Assembly: GCF_036321535.1 (NCBI RefSeq)
Contig: NC_087437.1
Coordinates: 109,060,001-109,124,000, forward strand
Origin: Camelus dromedarius
Taxonomy: Eukaryota
DNA: 64,000 nucleotides
Direction: 5' to 3'
Of the stretch, positions 32,851-47,296 are shown piece by piece. The first letter of the stretch is position 1. Every line of letters starts with the position of its first letter. The position numbers and the translations under genes were made by a program. The notes beneath the pieces were generated by a model, which saw only the letters and a list, made by a program, of their open reading frames with translations, made no database searches and was not told the origin of the DNA.

Positions 32851-35379
32851 AATGGGGTTTTAAAATAATGGTGGTTCTAGTATTAATTACTTAAAATATT
32901 ATAAGATATATTTACTCTTACAAGTATAGACAACCAAGAAAAACATCAGTATGTCTTTAATAGGGGATTATAAAATCCAAATTAATTTGGTTTTTTGGGG
33001 AGGGATTTAGCTGCAGATGAGTAAGTTTATTGAATATACAAGGTGAGTTATTGAAACTAAAATAAGGAGAAAAAAAATTATGTGTGTTTCTTCGCTGACT
33101 TCCATATTGCCATGTATTCTTACCCACTAACTCCTGCATTCTTTCAGGAGAGGGATTTACATCCACTTTTAGGCACCATCACTGCTGCAAACCCAGACAA
33201 GCCTCTCTAGGAAGAGTGCTGCTCCAGTGTGCTTCCCCATCTTCATGGACTCATGCCATCTGAGGGAGGAAGACAGCTGAAAGATTCCAGGAAACCACCG
33301 TGGTTTTTGTAAGACTGGGCTTTCCATTTCAGGGGAAGGAGGGAGTGTGGGTGTGGTTTTGGGGAGTTGATGGGATGACTACCAACTGCATCATCACAGG
33401 AGAAAGCAGCGGATATGTGAACTCGTTGGTCTGGTACAGTAATGAGCTGAAATTTCTAGATGCTTCTTTATGTAGAAGCTGAGTTTGTTAAATATTTGTG
33501 AGCCCAAGTTACAGAAAAACCTGTTATTACAGAACAATTGGGTGGCGTATATGTATACCATGACTGTGTTTTGAATTAAGATTCTGAATCTCGCTTTTTG
33601 CCTGAAATGTCAAGATAACTAGAAATTTCAAGAAGAAATACTGTAGTCTTTTGGTTTGAAGGGGTTAAGGCATGGCCTCTTGAAAAAAACAGTGTTTTAT
33701 CTTATAAGGAAGCTGCATCCTTTTATTGAGGTTCTATTAGAGAAATTGCTTTTCAGTAGGAGGGGAGACTTTAGAAGTAGGAGGAGTTTATTACTGGTTA
33801 TACTATCTTAGAACTGGTTATGTTTCCTCCTTTGATCTTGCTTTGCTTGGATGACAGAGAAAATCTGAGGCCCACTTCTGACTACATAGAACGTTATAGA
33901 GAAATTTGTTTTTAACGTAATTTCTGTTAAATTATTTATTCTCCAATTCTTTGTTAGCTTTTACAGGAATTTATTACATATAATAGTTCAATAAAGTGGC
34001 TATATATAAGATACATAAGATGAGAAGATGTTCTCTTTATCAGCAATAATTGGCTAGAAAATATCCTGAAAAATATCCTGAAAAAAGAGGTTTCTCACAC
34101 ATAATGGTAAAAACAAAAAAGCCATTTCTAAAAATGAATTCTGGTGAGAAATGGCTGAAACTTATCTAAAAATAAATGGAAAAACTATTTTTTGAGAGAT
34201 ATAAAGGGAAATTTAAGAAAATGGAGCGCAGTACCCTATTCCTAAGTGGGAGGGAAGAGTCTATTAGTCAGTGTGGCTCCTGTAACAAAAGACCCCAGAC
34301 GGGATGGCTTTCACAACAGAGATGTATTTTCTCAGAATTCTGAAGCTGGAAGACCAGAGTGCCAGCAGGGCTGGTTTCTGGGGAGGCTTCTCTCGTTGGC
34401 TTCTAGGCAGCCAGCCTCTAACTGTGTCCTCACGTGGCCTTTGCTCCATGTGCTCCCAGAGACATTGGGTGAAGGATAATTGGGTGAAGGCCTTGCAGCT
34501 GTGACAGTATATGGCTTGCTTTACCCAGGATTTATTTTTGCTTGTAAATAAGTCAATGTCTTACAGTGATTTTAACATGGGGAAAGGGCCACACTACTAC
34601 ACTTTCAAATGCATTTTGCTCTAGCCTTCTTTGTCTCGCTCTATTTTCAGCAGTTTGTCAGCACTCACTGCATGGTATCTTTTTTCCTTTCCAGCCATAG
34701 GTGGCAGCACATCACTGCCTACGATCAGATAAACCGGCCGAGTTTTTGTAAGTCAGAGATTTCTGGTTAGGAGAGAGCAGCTAATGAGTCATCAGTCTGA
34801 GCTGAATGACAAATTAATGTCTTCATTAAGTGAACTCACTGGCTTCCTTTACAAACAAGGTCAGAGTATTTATAACCTGGCGCATTTCATAAAGCCAAAT
34901 CCATCTACACGGGTAGGAACCCATGATTTATCCGCATGAAGCATATGCAAAATCTCACTTGGGAAACCATCTTTAATAAGGATGGGAACCATTCTGATGC
35001 AATCATTAATAAAAGGCACCCTTGCGACATAGCCTCATTTTTATCAGACAAGGTAAATGAAAAAGTGATTATCTCAAACAGGTGCCACCATTACAAGATG
35101 GTATTGGGTGGCCTGTTCCAAACTGAGTCCTTAGTCATAAAAATAAAGCACGGTCCTTACTGATCAAATATACCTGCTGCCATTTAGGCTGGAAGGAAAC
35201 TTACTTCACGTTTAGAGTATATTGCACAGATTCAGTTTCATTACCGTCTACTGTATGTCACATTTTAAGTGAATCAAGTGCTTAATTTTGCCATCATTGT
35301 CAGAGAACTATGTGGGAAGTTCAGAAACTCTTCTCAAAAAGTGACCAGGTGTCAGGGACCTGGTGAATTTCTGGTTCTA

Positions 35380-36150
35380 GAACAGTGCCACACAAGAGAA
35401 ATATAAAGCACGCCGCAAATACGAGTACATGTGCAATTTAAAATTTTCTAGAAGCCACGTTGAGAAATGTAAAAAGGAAGAGATGAAATTAATTCTAATT
35501 CTGAATTATATTTTATTTAACCCAATATATCAAAAATATGCAGCAGGTAATCAATAGAAAGGTTGTGGAGGTATTGGGCATTCTTTTTTCACTCTATGTG
35601 TTTGAACTCTGGTGTCTATTTTACACTCACAGCTCATCTCCGTTCAGATGAGCCACGTTTCAAGTGCTCAATATGCGTGTGTGGCCCATGGGCCCCGTAA
35701 TGTCCAGCTCAGCTCTAAAGACTTAGTATCCGTTGTGGGCTGAAATATGTCACCTTAAAATTCAGCTGTTGAAGATCTAACCTCCAGGACCTCAGGATGT
35801 GACCTTATTTGGAGATGAGGATTTCACAGAGGTGATCAAGTTAAAATAAGGCCATTAAGATGCACCTTAATCTGAAACGACTGGGGTCCTTATGAAATAA
35901 GGGAATTCGGAGACAGACTCACACAAGGGGAGGGCATCACGTGATGATGAAGACCGAGTCAGGGTGATCGCCAGGAGCACCAAAGGTTGCCAACAACCAC
36001 CAGAAGCCGGTGGAGAGGCCTAGAACACATTCTCCCTCACAGCCCTCAGAAGGAACGGATCCTGCTGTCACCTCGGTCTTGGACTTCTAGCCTCCAGAAC
36101 TGTGAGACAATAAGTTTCTGTTGTTTAAGCCACATAGTTTTCAGGGAAAC
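35380..36150 (+). mobile_element. MER33-like element followed by MLT1B/C-like solo LTR (from ~35731)
   Basis: gtgaccttatttggagatgagg...ggacttctagcctccagaactgtgagacaataagtttctgttgtttaagccac. Confidence 0.8.
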
Positions 36151-36300
36151 GAATCCACTTCCTGCTGTGGGTAGAGGTCCCTTTGATCTGTAACTCTGCA
36201 GCCTGCCTTTTCTTGCCTTGAATCTTTTCTTCCCTCTTCCTGTGCTGTCTCCTCTGCTCCCAGCTCCCTCTCATGGAATCTCCTAGACTCTCCCTCCCAC

Positions 36301-36343
36301 TGTATACATGGAGGCTGGGGGTTTCCCAGCCTCCATGTATACA
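36301..36343. repeat. Perfect 19-bp inverted repeat with 5-nt spacer
   Basis: tgtatacatggaggctggg-ggttt-cccagcctccatgtataca. Confidence 0.95.
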
Positions 36344-38291
36344 TGTAAGGATGAAAGGGGTGCATCCTGAGCAGTGAGGGAAGAAGCCTGAATTGCTTCA
36401 GGTCTCTAATGGGGGGCAGGGGAGGGGGGATGTTCCCCTCCTAGACCTGCTCGCATGCAGGTCGAGAGCTGATGGAGAAAGTGTTTTGAAAACCATAAAT
36501 AACTGCATAGATGAGAATGGGTATTTTGAGGATGGGATGCAGTATTTCTCAAATTATTTTGATTTCTCCTCCCTGTAATTATCTGGGCTCCCCACTTCGC
36601 AGAAGGAAATGAATGAAAGGGGGAAAAGGCTCTGATCCTTTCCTGCCATCTGGTAGTCGTGGGCTCCTATTGGTTGTCTCTCCAGCCAGTGCAGAAGCAC
36701 CCTCTCCCCCACTCACAAACCACGTCCCACCCCATCTCTGGAAGGCCCCAATGCGTGTGTATATACGTATATGTGTGTGTACGCACACACACAGATTCTA
36801 ATAGTTGTTTCTCTTTCTCTGGAGAACCTTGACTAATACATCCATGTCCATGTTCATTCATGGCAAGGGGTCATAAATGCTTAAAAAAAAAGGGAAAGGA
36901 GGAGACCTCTAGCACTTAACCTGATTTCGTTCTGCAAATATCAAAAGTGGCATCAACATATGCCCACAGTTATCATAGCAACATGACCTTTAAATTCTTT
37001 AGCAGTAGGATCCTAAGGGACCCCCCAATTTCAGCCTTTGCTTTGTTCTAGCCCCATCCCAGCTGTTTCTACTAAGTACTCAATTTTCTGCAGGTGGTTC
37101 TCAACTCATAATGGGTCTAAGAAGAGGCCATGGGGGGATTATGTCAGTAGAACTTTTCCCGGAAATAATAAAATTTGGAAATGATTTTTGTCTGCTTCAT
37201 AACTGACAGCCTTGACCTTCGGAATGGCCTTCCCAGGGAGACCAGTGTGTCCACCTCAGTTCTTTCCACCTGGTTCCCTTAGGTGCTTGGGTTTCAAATG
37301 CTGTTGTGTTTTTTCCTAGACAGGAGCTGGCATTGCCTTCCCTGCTGCAAATGTCATTCCCGGGGGTCCCGTTCTTGGTGTTCCTCCTGCGATTGTGGAT
37401 GGGTTTCTTTAGAAGCAGCCATCTGATGTTCCAGGGTCCTGGACTCTGTTATGCTGAGTCTTGCTCACCAGAGATCACCCCTGTGGTTTTTCCTCCACCC
37501 TTGGAACCAGAAGGCATGTGACACCCTCCTCTTTGGGCTCTCCCTGACTGTGGGTCTTAATCCTCGTTCTGTTTAATCTTTGTACTGTTTCTTTCTCCTT
37601 TGCCTCACTTTTCTAGCTAGTTTCCTTCTATATCTTCTTCCACCAGTTCAGTTCATGTTAGCCCTCTGCATTTGAGACCAAATAGTAGTTTATTCTAATC
37701 CCTTTCTGGGGCTGATGCTGGTGTCCAGATGGCAACAAGAAGATATTAAACCTTTTAACCTGTGACTTGAAAGACAATGCTCTCTATTTCCCTGGGAAAA
37801 CAATTCTTGTTTTTCTCAGTTGGGTAAAATCATACTTTAAAAAATTATATTTCTTTCCTACTTAGATTTAAAAATCTGCTTATTAGCCAATACACTTAAT
37901 TTTTTTTTTATCTGAAGAAATATTACTGTTTGTTAGAGTTTGGGTAAATGTTGTTTTTGTTTCTTCTTCTTTTCCTTTTTCTTTCTCTCTACTCCCTGGC
38001 AATAATGGAGATTTAAATAATATATAGTTTTATTATTTACTATATTAACTAAGCTCACTTTTTATGTTCATTTTAAAACATGGGTGACTGAAATATTTTA
38101 AATTTGACTCTTAAAAAAATAAAGGCATATTAGTGAGTAGAAGGTTATCATTTTTGTCTGACAACCAGTACCAGAACCCAGTTCTCAAAATACCTAAATA
38201 CATGGTGACAGATGTGAGACTCCGAAACAAGCTGAGTGAGAACATTCTTCCCTGGGACTTTTCAAACTATAGTTGGGAGAGAGAAGGTGCC

Positions 38292-38770
38292 TGTATTAGT
38301 TACCTGTTGCTGCATAACAAATACCCATAAAATTGAAGTGGCTTAAAACTGTGAGCATTTATTTAGCTCACACATTTGCTGGTCTGCTGGGCAGGCTCTG
38401 CAGCTCTCATCTGGGCTCACTCAGGTACCATTAGGCTGGAACTGAATGGACTGATTTAGGCTGTGGTAGCTGGGGTGTCTCTGGTCCAGACAGCAGGTTT
38501 GCATATCTGTTGCATGTGTCTCTTACCTTCCAGCAGACTAGCTGGGGAATGTTCCACAAGACAGCAAGTGAGGACATGCAAAGTCTCAGAGACCTAGTCT
38601 CAGAAGTGGCACATTGTCATTTCTTCCCAAATATTATTGGCCAAAGCAAGTCACATGGACCAGCCAAAAGCCTGGGCAGAAGTATACACCACCCATGAGC
38701 AGGCCATGGCTAGTGTGTGGATACATGGAGGGGTGAAGAATTGGGACCAGTCCCAATCCTTCTACCACAG
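38292..38770 (-). mobile_element. MLT1-family LTR
   Basis: tgtattagttacctgttgctgcataacaaatac...ttattggccaaagcaagtcacatgg. Confidence 0.75.
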
Positions 38771-40349
38771 CTCTTGTCCTCTTTAGGTGTGGAGCTGTTG
38801 GGAATGAACTCTGTATGTCTATAGCAGGAGAAGATGAAACCAAAGTCTAGACAGAAGGAGATGGGAAAGAGTTCTAATAATAGTCCTGTTCTTGATAGGT
38901 CTCTGGTGATGCTCAGATATTATACTTCCGAGCTTTTCTTATTATGATGTGGGCTACCCAGAGCTCTTCAAACTCCTTCTTGCATAAATTCGTATATGTT
39001 TGGTTTCTGTTACTTGTTACCTTATCAACCACATATACTATTTGTCTATATCAGAGGGCCTTTATATAAAAAGAAGCTTTCTTTATCCTAGCGCAAATTT
39101 TTTTAGGTTTACTTTTGGGGAGTTAAAATCTCTTCACATTAGAAGTAAACCTTAATACCTGTATTTCACAGGAGTTCATAAGTTTATCAAGTTAAACTGG
39201 ACTACAAAAGTTTCAAATAAAATGTTACCTAATATCTAATAAAACTATTTATAATCAGTATAAATTGAGAAAGACATAAAAACAATTCACATGAGATAAC
39301 ACTATTGATAGTTTTAACCCAGGAATTTTATCCCTGGAAATTTACCTCAGTAAAATAATCTAATGGAAGCAAAGATCCGTATGCATGAACCAGTTTATGA
39401 CAACCTCGTTCATAATAATAAATAAAGCAAACTATCTAAATTAAGAGAATGCTGTAATGAATTATGTCAGTTTATCAAGATACAGTTTTTAACTACATTA
39501 ATCAAGACAATTAGATAAAATATTGAAATATATTAATGATGCAAGTGAAAAGGCAGAACATAAAATAACATGTACACAATATTCAAATTATGTATATATG
39601 ATCACCCCAGAACTACCCACTTCACGCATATACACCCACATCCACAATGAGCACAGCACACACAGAGTCATTTTCTTGTTGTGTGCAATGGAAACAAATT
39701 GTATTTTGAATCTACCTGGAATTTTGTCTGGCTCAGATAAAAGATACTCAACATCTTTGAGTAAACTTACTCTTCAATGAGCTCATTGTTTATGCCAAGT
39801 CAAAATTCTGTCTTAGAATCAAGAGACTGGAACTACACATGCTAATCAACTCAAAATAAAATTGTCAGAGCTGAATTCATTGTGGGCAGAGTTGAATCTC
39901 TGTGGGATTAGGATGGTGGTATTGTGCACAAGGATGTGGTGGGTTTTATCCTGTCAGTGAGGAAAAGGAGGGCTGGGAAGTGTACTCTGAGTCCTGGAGG
40001 CTCACGGTGGTAGGTGGGCAGAAAGAAAGCCAGTGGAGGGGCGTGACTGACAGACTCAATTCAAGGAGCAGTGATATTTCCCATCGAGTACTATTGCTTT
40101 CTTCTTCTCCATTAAAATTTCCTTATTATTCTCAAGGCTTCAATAAATCATCTTAAATACTCATCCAGGTATTTGCTTAACTTTTAGGAATTAAGGGAAG
40201 GGCTTGCAATGCTCCTTGAATACAGCAAGAGCCTGGCTTGCATAGAAGAATGATAAAAGGTGTAGTGGAGATCTGAGGGGAAGTCCCTGGAGCATGGGCT
40301 ATTCTAGAATGGGAGTTAGGTTGTGGACCCCATAAGAATTCCATTGGTA

Positions 40350-41225
40350 AGGTAGACCATGTTTTGGTTTTCCAAAGATCTTATTTTTCCTCTATCTTTT
40401 GCTGTGAGAGGATTTTACTTTCCTACTATGCTGAGTTCAGGAGAGGCCATTTGACTTGCTGTAGCCAATGAAATGCGGGTAGAAGGGACATGTATCATTT
40501 CTGGGCAGAAACACTCGAATTAGTGCCTATTTCCCCCGTGTATCCCCTCCCTCAGCCCTGGATCTGATGACATTCCAGTTGGTGCTGCTCCATTACCCTG
40601 GGTCCTGGGGTGCAGGTGAAGGGGTCCAAGCCACAGCTGACTTTCCTTTGACTTGTATTGGTATGATGGTTAATTTTATGTGTCAACTTGAGTAGATCAC
40701 AGGGTGCCCACATATTTGACTAAACATCATTTCTGGGTTTGTCTGTGAGAGTGTTTCCAGATGAGATTAGCATTTGAATCATGGGACCCAGTGAAGTAGA
40801 TGGCTTTCCTCACTGTGGGTGGATATCATCCAACCTGAATAGAGCCTGAATAGCAAGAGGAGAAAGGAGGCATTCTCCCATTTTCTCTGTCTGTTCTTGA
40901 GCTGGGGTATCTCATCTCATCTCTTCTCCTGTCCTTGGACTGGGATTTATACCATGAGCCCTCTTGGTTTTCAGGCTTTCATCCTCAAACTGAACTATAC
41001 AATCAGTTTTCCTGGGTCTCCAGCTTTCAGATTTGAGGATATCTCAGATTCCATAATCATGTGAGCCAGTTTTTCATCTATCTATCTATCTATCCATCCG
41101 TCCATCTAGGATTTGTTCTGTTTCTCTGGAAAACCATGACTGATACAGTAAACATTTGTAGCTACAAGCCACTGAGACTTCAGGGTTGTGTGTTACTGCA
41201 GCACAACCTGGCCTATCCTGACTCA
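40350..41225 (+). mobile_element. MLT1-family LTR interrupted by an MLT2 LTR (~40662-41147)
   Basis: MLT2 ends tgatggttaattttatgtgtcaacttg and tctgtttctctggaaaaccatgactgataca; MLT1 resumes at aagccactgagacttcagggttg. Confidence 0.75.
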
Positions 41226-42559
41226 TACCATGGGATTCTTCACAAACACAAAGGAAGAATATGGAAGACTGAACCTCCTGTGCCATCCACTAGGGGAAGT
41301 TGATCTGTATTATTTGGTACCTGTAGACTGCAGACCTATGAACCTTTGGATTTTGCTTTGACTTGTACTTGCACCTGAATTATCATGTTCAGGAGAAGGA
41401 GTATATTTTTACTCTTTTGAAATGTCTTTTTCTCCCTTTTTCTCCACATAAGTGGTGCATTTGTCAACTCACCAGCTTCAATCTCACCTTCTGTCTCTGA
41501 TTTTTTTCCCCTTAAGTAATATTCAGGGACTCTAGTGATAGCTGTGTAGTGAGCAGCATACTCAAACTAATTCAGAGACAGTGTTCGATAAACTTTGGTT
41601 TGATTTTTATAGAATTGTCAAAAACTTAATTTGAGAAAACGCACTTTCGACAAAACCTGAGAGTTTCTGTCTCACCAATTTTCCAAAGTTGTATATTCAA
41701 GTATCATGTTTTAAGTGAAATAATTTGGATTTTAGGCTGATACCTTCAAATACATGAAGAACAATCCACACAGTTCCACAAGAGCAGGGGCCCAGATTAA
41801 TTAGAAAGGCCTCATTAGTTCCAGTGGAGGTGGGGTTGATGGGAACATCCCACTGACAACGGAGGAGTCACTGCACCGGGATGGGTAGCCTGAAGCTTCA
41901 CTCAGCAGGCAGTCCCATAAATACTTTAATTGCTCACTCTTCTGCCCAGGTGTCTCTTGGTAAAGGCAAGCAGAGGAACCAAAGCAATTACCCAGATAAT
42001 TAAGGAAAAACAAACCTGTGTGTGGCAAGTAACTTGGAGAGCTTCCACTAAATTTTCCAGGCAACCATTTAAATTCTCTGCCTCCCTGTTGTCAGCAGGA
42101 ATGTGATCTGGCTCACAAGAGCTACTCTGACAATTAGAATGCTCTCAGTTGGTAAATATTGCTTCCTGGGAACTCCTGTACTCATCAGTCTAGAGTTTGA
42201 AATGGCTCCGCGAGATTTCAGGGCTGTGTTGTTCCCACTGATTCATGGCAAGACCCCCAGTCACTGCTCTGAAAATGTTAGGCTGTTTGTGAAACTTTGG
42301 TGGGCAGCTTCTGGCAAATCCTGTTTTGTGATTCTAGGTAAGATGAGACCTGTACCCTCCCAGGCTGGGCAAATGAGATTCCAGTTGTGATGGAGGCCAA
42401 GGAAGATTTACTGTCAGTCTCTGTACGAGGCATTTGCTGTATCTTATCTCCAACACCTTCCAGTGAGGCCGGTCCTGCTACCCTCGCTTTAGAGACAAGA
42501 AAATGGAGCCTCCACCAGGCACACAGCTGGTGAGTGACAAAACTAGAATTTCCACCAGA

Positions 42560-42870
42560 TCTTTTTGATCACAAAGTTTTCTCCCCTCCCCCAGTGGCTC
42601 TGGGAGAATCTAGGGCACACATGTTTTTAAAAAGCTCATGGTTGTTTCTCATGTCAGTGGGATTGGAAACTGTATATTAAGACAATAGTTCTTAATGCTT
42701 AGCATGCGTTAGAATCACCTATAAGACATGTAAATACACAGATGTCTGGCACCACACCTGGGGAATCTGTCTGATTCAGGTTGGGTTGGGGCCTGAATAT
42801 TTGCACTTCTAACAAGTTCCCAAGTGATGGTGCTGTTGGACCCAGGGACGGCACTGTGAGACCCACCACT
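42560..42870. mobile_element. MER5-family DNA transposon remnants
   Basis: ttagaatcacct...ggggcctgaatatttgcacttctaacaagttcccaagtgatg. Confidence 0.65.
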
Positions 42871-45800
42871 ACATTCAGGAATTCAGAGAGATGTGAAAAT
42901 CAACATAACGGGAGCGAAATCAGATGTCTGTAAAGTCACCGTAGAGGGAATGGTTGAGAATAAGTCCTGACTAATTATAAAACTAACATGTTCTAGAGAC
43001 AATATGCCTATCATAGTCGGAAGAGAGGCATTAAATAATGGGGCAGAAAACGTATCTGACAGCTTCCATCTGAAAGGAGGGAGTGATGAAATGGTCAATT
43101 TCTACCTTTCTTTCTGATTCTCTGATCCAAGCAAACTTAAGCATATGAATTCAGTTAACTTAATTTATTTGATTAATTTTTTCCTGGTGTCTGATATCTG
43201 AAGGATGGTTTCAGGCAGGGTTATTTTTCAGGACTACCACTTTGCGTAATCCCTGTGGGTGCCATTCATAATGAATTGTGTGTAAATGGTGCCCCCTGGA
43301 GGAGTGGAAAATAATATCACCCTTTCTAAGCGAAGGCTCTAGCATTGCTACTTAAGCATGATTTGTGTGCCCCCAGAGTCTCCTCTCACATTAAACCAGC
43401 AAAACTGAGGACCAGTCCCAGGAACCTATGAGAAGGCTCTCTCCAAGAGTCCTGCTCTTGAGAAAGGTTTTCCTCAGCAATATTGCAAGTGACCCAGGAC
43501 CTAAAATTCTTGAAACAAGTGAAGATGGTAGGAGAAGGTGGTTCACAAATCCAAATGCTATCACGATGTGTATTTTCCGTCTCTGTTTTGTGGAGATACA
43601 ATTATTTCAGGATTTGACTTACAAAGTGGGAATCGTGACTGAAACTTTTGGATGGGTATTAGACACTTCTTTTTGTCCCCTTGTGTCTAGAAAATGGGAC
43701 ATCCAGGAGGGCCAGGCATTTTCCCATCTCTCCTCTGCTCCCATATCTAGAAACAAGATTCTCCCAAAAGTCCCTCATTCCTCAAGATCTATGGGGAGCC
43801 CAGTGACTCAGTGGAGGAGCTCAAAGAACAAATGTGTCTTCATGAGAGAGCAAGAAGTCTTTGATTCAAACCCTTTGATATAAAAGCGTTATTCTGCCAT
43901 GAGCATGAATCCCTAAAGAGGCTTTCCACAGCATCCATGATGCTCCTTGTCTCATGACCCTCTTCCCGCCATTGGAAGGTCAAACTTCTTCTTTGTGTCA
44001 ATGCTTTTTTATGACATGCAAGTTTTCCAAGAATACCTGTATTCAAAGCATAGGTCTACCGCTTAACAGCTATGCATTCTTACTTAACCTTCCTGGGCGT
44101 CTCTTTCCTTATTTGTGGGACGATTGTAAGGATTATGGATAGAGAAATATAGGTTGATAAAGCAGAGAGCAGTGACTGACACATCCTTGCATCTATAAAT
44201 GTTACTTGTTACTCTTATTATTCAGACACACTTATTAAGAACTTCTGGATGATTGGTACAAGTTGGGTGTTTAAGGGACTGGAACATATTTAAGTAGTGG
44301 AGGCAGTATTGAGGTGTCCAGCCCACGTTCTATGGGTAGAGCTACAAAGCCATCGAGGGTGTTTAGGTAAGAGAACAAGTGGAGAGGTGTGAGCTCCAGA
44401 GGAGAGAACTCATCTGGAAGGTAGGTAATCAGGAATTTATGATTCCAGTCCAGCGATAAAGAAGGAACTGTGAGGGAGGCGTGTTTTGGAGAGAAGAGAA
44501 CAAATGTGGTCCATGCTCCTGGGCTCCAGATTCTCCTCTCCCTCTTAAGGGTCACCTCCCTCTAAGGAGAGTTGTTTGCACTGCTGGTTGTAGACCACGA
44601 GGGTCCAGAAATCTATTTATATGAGCTGTGACCAACATTAAAAAAAAACGGACAGAATATAAAATACCAGTGTCCAATTCATTACACATGGTGAGTAGAT
44701 ACTGCTTTACTCAACTTTAATCAGGTATGCAGGTATGCGTGTATAGGGTCATGATGTAAAATGTGTTTTTTACTGTGGGTCAAGGAACAAGGAATTTGAA
44801 ACTCACCACTCTGGTGTATTTCCTGGGCTGGGGAGTGGTGGGGAGAGTTTTCTCATGTCTATACTTGCAGGGTTCTCTTTATCTATTCTCCAGGCTGTTT
44901 TTTTCTCCCCAGCCTTTTTTGAGCCAAAGCAGATACCTAGTTACTGCCCTTCTAAGTGGGGGCCTGGGGCTCAGGACACCTTCTTGTGGGATCTTACTAC
45001 CTCTGCAAAATCACAGAGGGGATCGTGAAGGGGATCTGTTCCCCTCTGTTATCATCTTTATGGTCCAGTCCCTCACTTATTTCAAGCTTTTTATTAAAGT
45101 GTTAGGGAAACTATGAGAGAAATAATTTAAACTGTGCCACTTAACTTTACTTTTCCTGAAGTCCAAGGAGAGAGCATCCTGGAATTTAAATCTTGTGCAG
45201 GGGTCACTTCCTAGATGCTCCTGGTTTATCATTGTGATTCCCTGACCTCAGGGCCACATCCCTCGCTGCTGAGGGCTCTTATTGCAATTCAAAATCTGCA
45301 AGTATTTATTCTTTTTTGGGGGAAAATTCTGCCTTGTACTCACGGAGTTCCACATCTCCCCCCACCTAAATTTACTTCTAAATATTAAAAAAAAAAAAAG
45401 GCAAGTCAAGTTTAAACTATCTTTCAGAGCCAGTACAATGCTGCCTGTCTCCTTCCCTCCTCCCAGCACTGGCCTTGCTTTTCCAAGGGGACTTACAGGA
45501 AGGAGAAAGCTTTGTCTGCTTTTTTGCTCCTTACTCCTGATTTCTCAGGGCACCTTTCTCCTCGATTGCAGAGGGGGGATAGAAAGGGATCAATCTAACA
45601 TTCCTGATGTGCACTGGCCATATCTTGGCTATTGCTTCTCAGGTCGAGATGGCCCAAGTATAGATGCCCACCTAAGGGCGAGCATCCCAGCTTGCTTCCT
45701 TGTTGGGGTACATGTGTGAGTTCTTTAAGGACCCTTCAGGATGAGAGCAGGGCTCCACCCCTTGTTTCCATCTAGTTCCCTAATGTGAGAGATTAACTCT

Positions 45801-47296
45801 AGCTCAGCCTCTTTCGAATCCCACCCCAGCTTTCATTGCCGGGAATACACCCTGCCGCTTCCCACCACTGGGGACCCTGACCCTATAGGTAGCCTTCTAG
45901 TTTGGGGTACGACAAGATGGCTCAAGACCAGCTGCCTTCTGCAGCGTCCGTCTGAGTCACAGGAAATCAGGTTTCACTGAAACACCACATGGCAGGAAGG
46001 AGGGCTGTTTCCCCCGCTGCTGGCCTTTCTCTCTGCTGTCTCAGTTGCCCGCTCTCCTGCTCAGAGAGGCTTGGAGAATGGACAGATCAGCAGGTCAGCT
46101 CCATAAGCCAATGTCCCCCTGTGGATCAAGATGCTCATCTCCTCTTGTTTCTGACACCCCAGTGTCTGTGAGTGCTCCCCTTTCTTCCTCCATGGAAAAC
46201 ACTGAAGCTTTTTACTCTCTGCTGGTGACTCGCAACAAGCAATCTCTCCTTTCTCCCCTCTTCCTGGTCTTCTCCTTGTCTGGGATGGGAGGAGTGGTTG
46301 GGAGCAGCACAGGAGTTAAATCTGGTCTATTGAAACATCGTGGAGGGGTTCATGCCTCCAGCTGTTGGCAGCTGTCTTCAGAAAGGGAGGTTCTTGATGT
46401 ATCTTTGCCTTCTGCTCCAGGTCTTGGTCACCAATTTTGAGAGAAGAAAGTTAGTATCCTTGACAACTCACTGCCTGTGGGACGAGGGATCCACATCATT
46501 TACCCTATCCCTAATTTAAAGAGTCAAGTTGAAAGGCTCTGAAACTCAAATTTTGAACTGTGCGTAAGCAAGCCTGAACACACTGCCAAGAGATGATGTC
46601 TTTTCTTTAGAGAAAAGCTGGTCCGGTGGGACAGAGGTCTGTGGACTTGAGGGTGGACATGGTTCATACGGCAGCTGCAACACTGTTCCCTTGCAGATAG
46701 ATTTCAGAATCAAAAGGGGAAACTGAAAATGCACAAAAGGAGAGGAGGGATTCCCCTTTTCCAGAATAGGCAAATCTATCTTGATTTCTTATAGATTTTC
46801 ATTAAATAGAAGTAAATAGGAAAAAATTCATGCCACAATTACTCTTGGTACAGTTTTATTTTTAGAAATTGCAGAATTTATGGGATTTCAAACATTCACC
46901 AGTAATAAAAGGTATTTTTAAAGTGCCTCTATATTATTTGGCCATTTTAGTAAATAATTTATCATACTTGTGGGATATTAAATGTGAATTTGGAATATTT
47001 TTTCTCCAAATAACATCTGTTAATTTACCACCATAGAAATAGACTTAGGTATTATGAAAAATTCAAACAGTAAACAAGCAACATTAAATGCTACCCGCCT
47101 CCTTTTTTTTTTTTTTTTTTTTTTAACTGAAGTAGATATTGCCTTGGAAGGATGCTGGAGTGGAAAGTAACATATGAAGTGGTAAGGACAGTGTCTCTGC
47201 TCTGAGCACACACCAAGGAATACTCCTGTAATGTCTATCACCAGGACCTCTTGGCCAAGTCAGGGGGTAACTCTCACGTTATCAATGAGATAATGA

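Noticed and set aside
21000..36000. Downstream alternative terminal exons equivalent to human BACH1t, or BACH1-associated lncRNAs
   Set aside because: Plausible by position, but I cannot identify specific exons from the sequence alone.
43428..43883. 151-aa ATG-initiated intergenic ORF
   Set aside because: No recognisable domain, codon bias or exon structure; this length can occur by chance. A homology search and RNA-seq would be needed to revive it.
45282..45719. 145-aa intergenic ORF
   Set aside because: Non-ATG start, runs through a poly-A tract, no recognisable homology.
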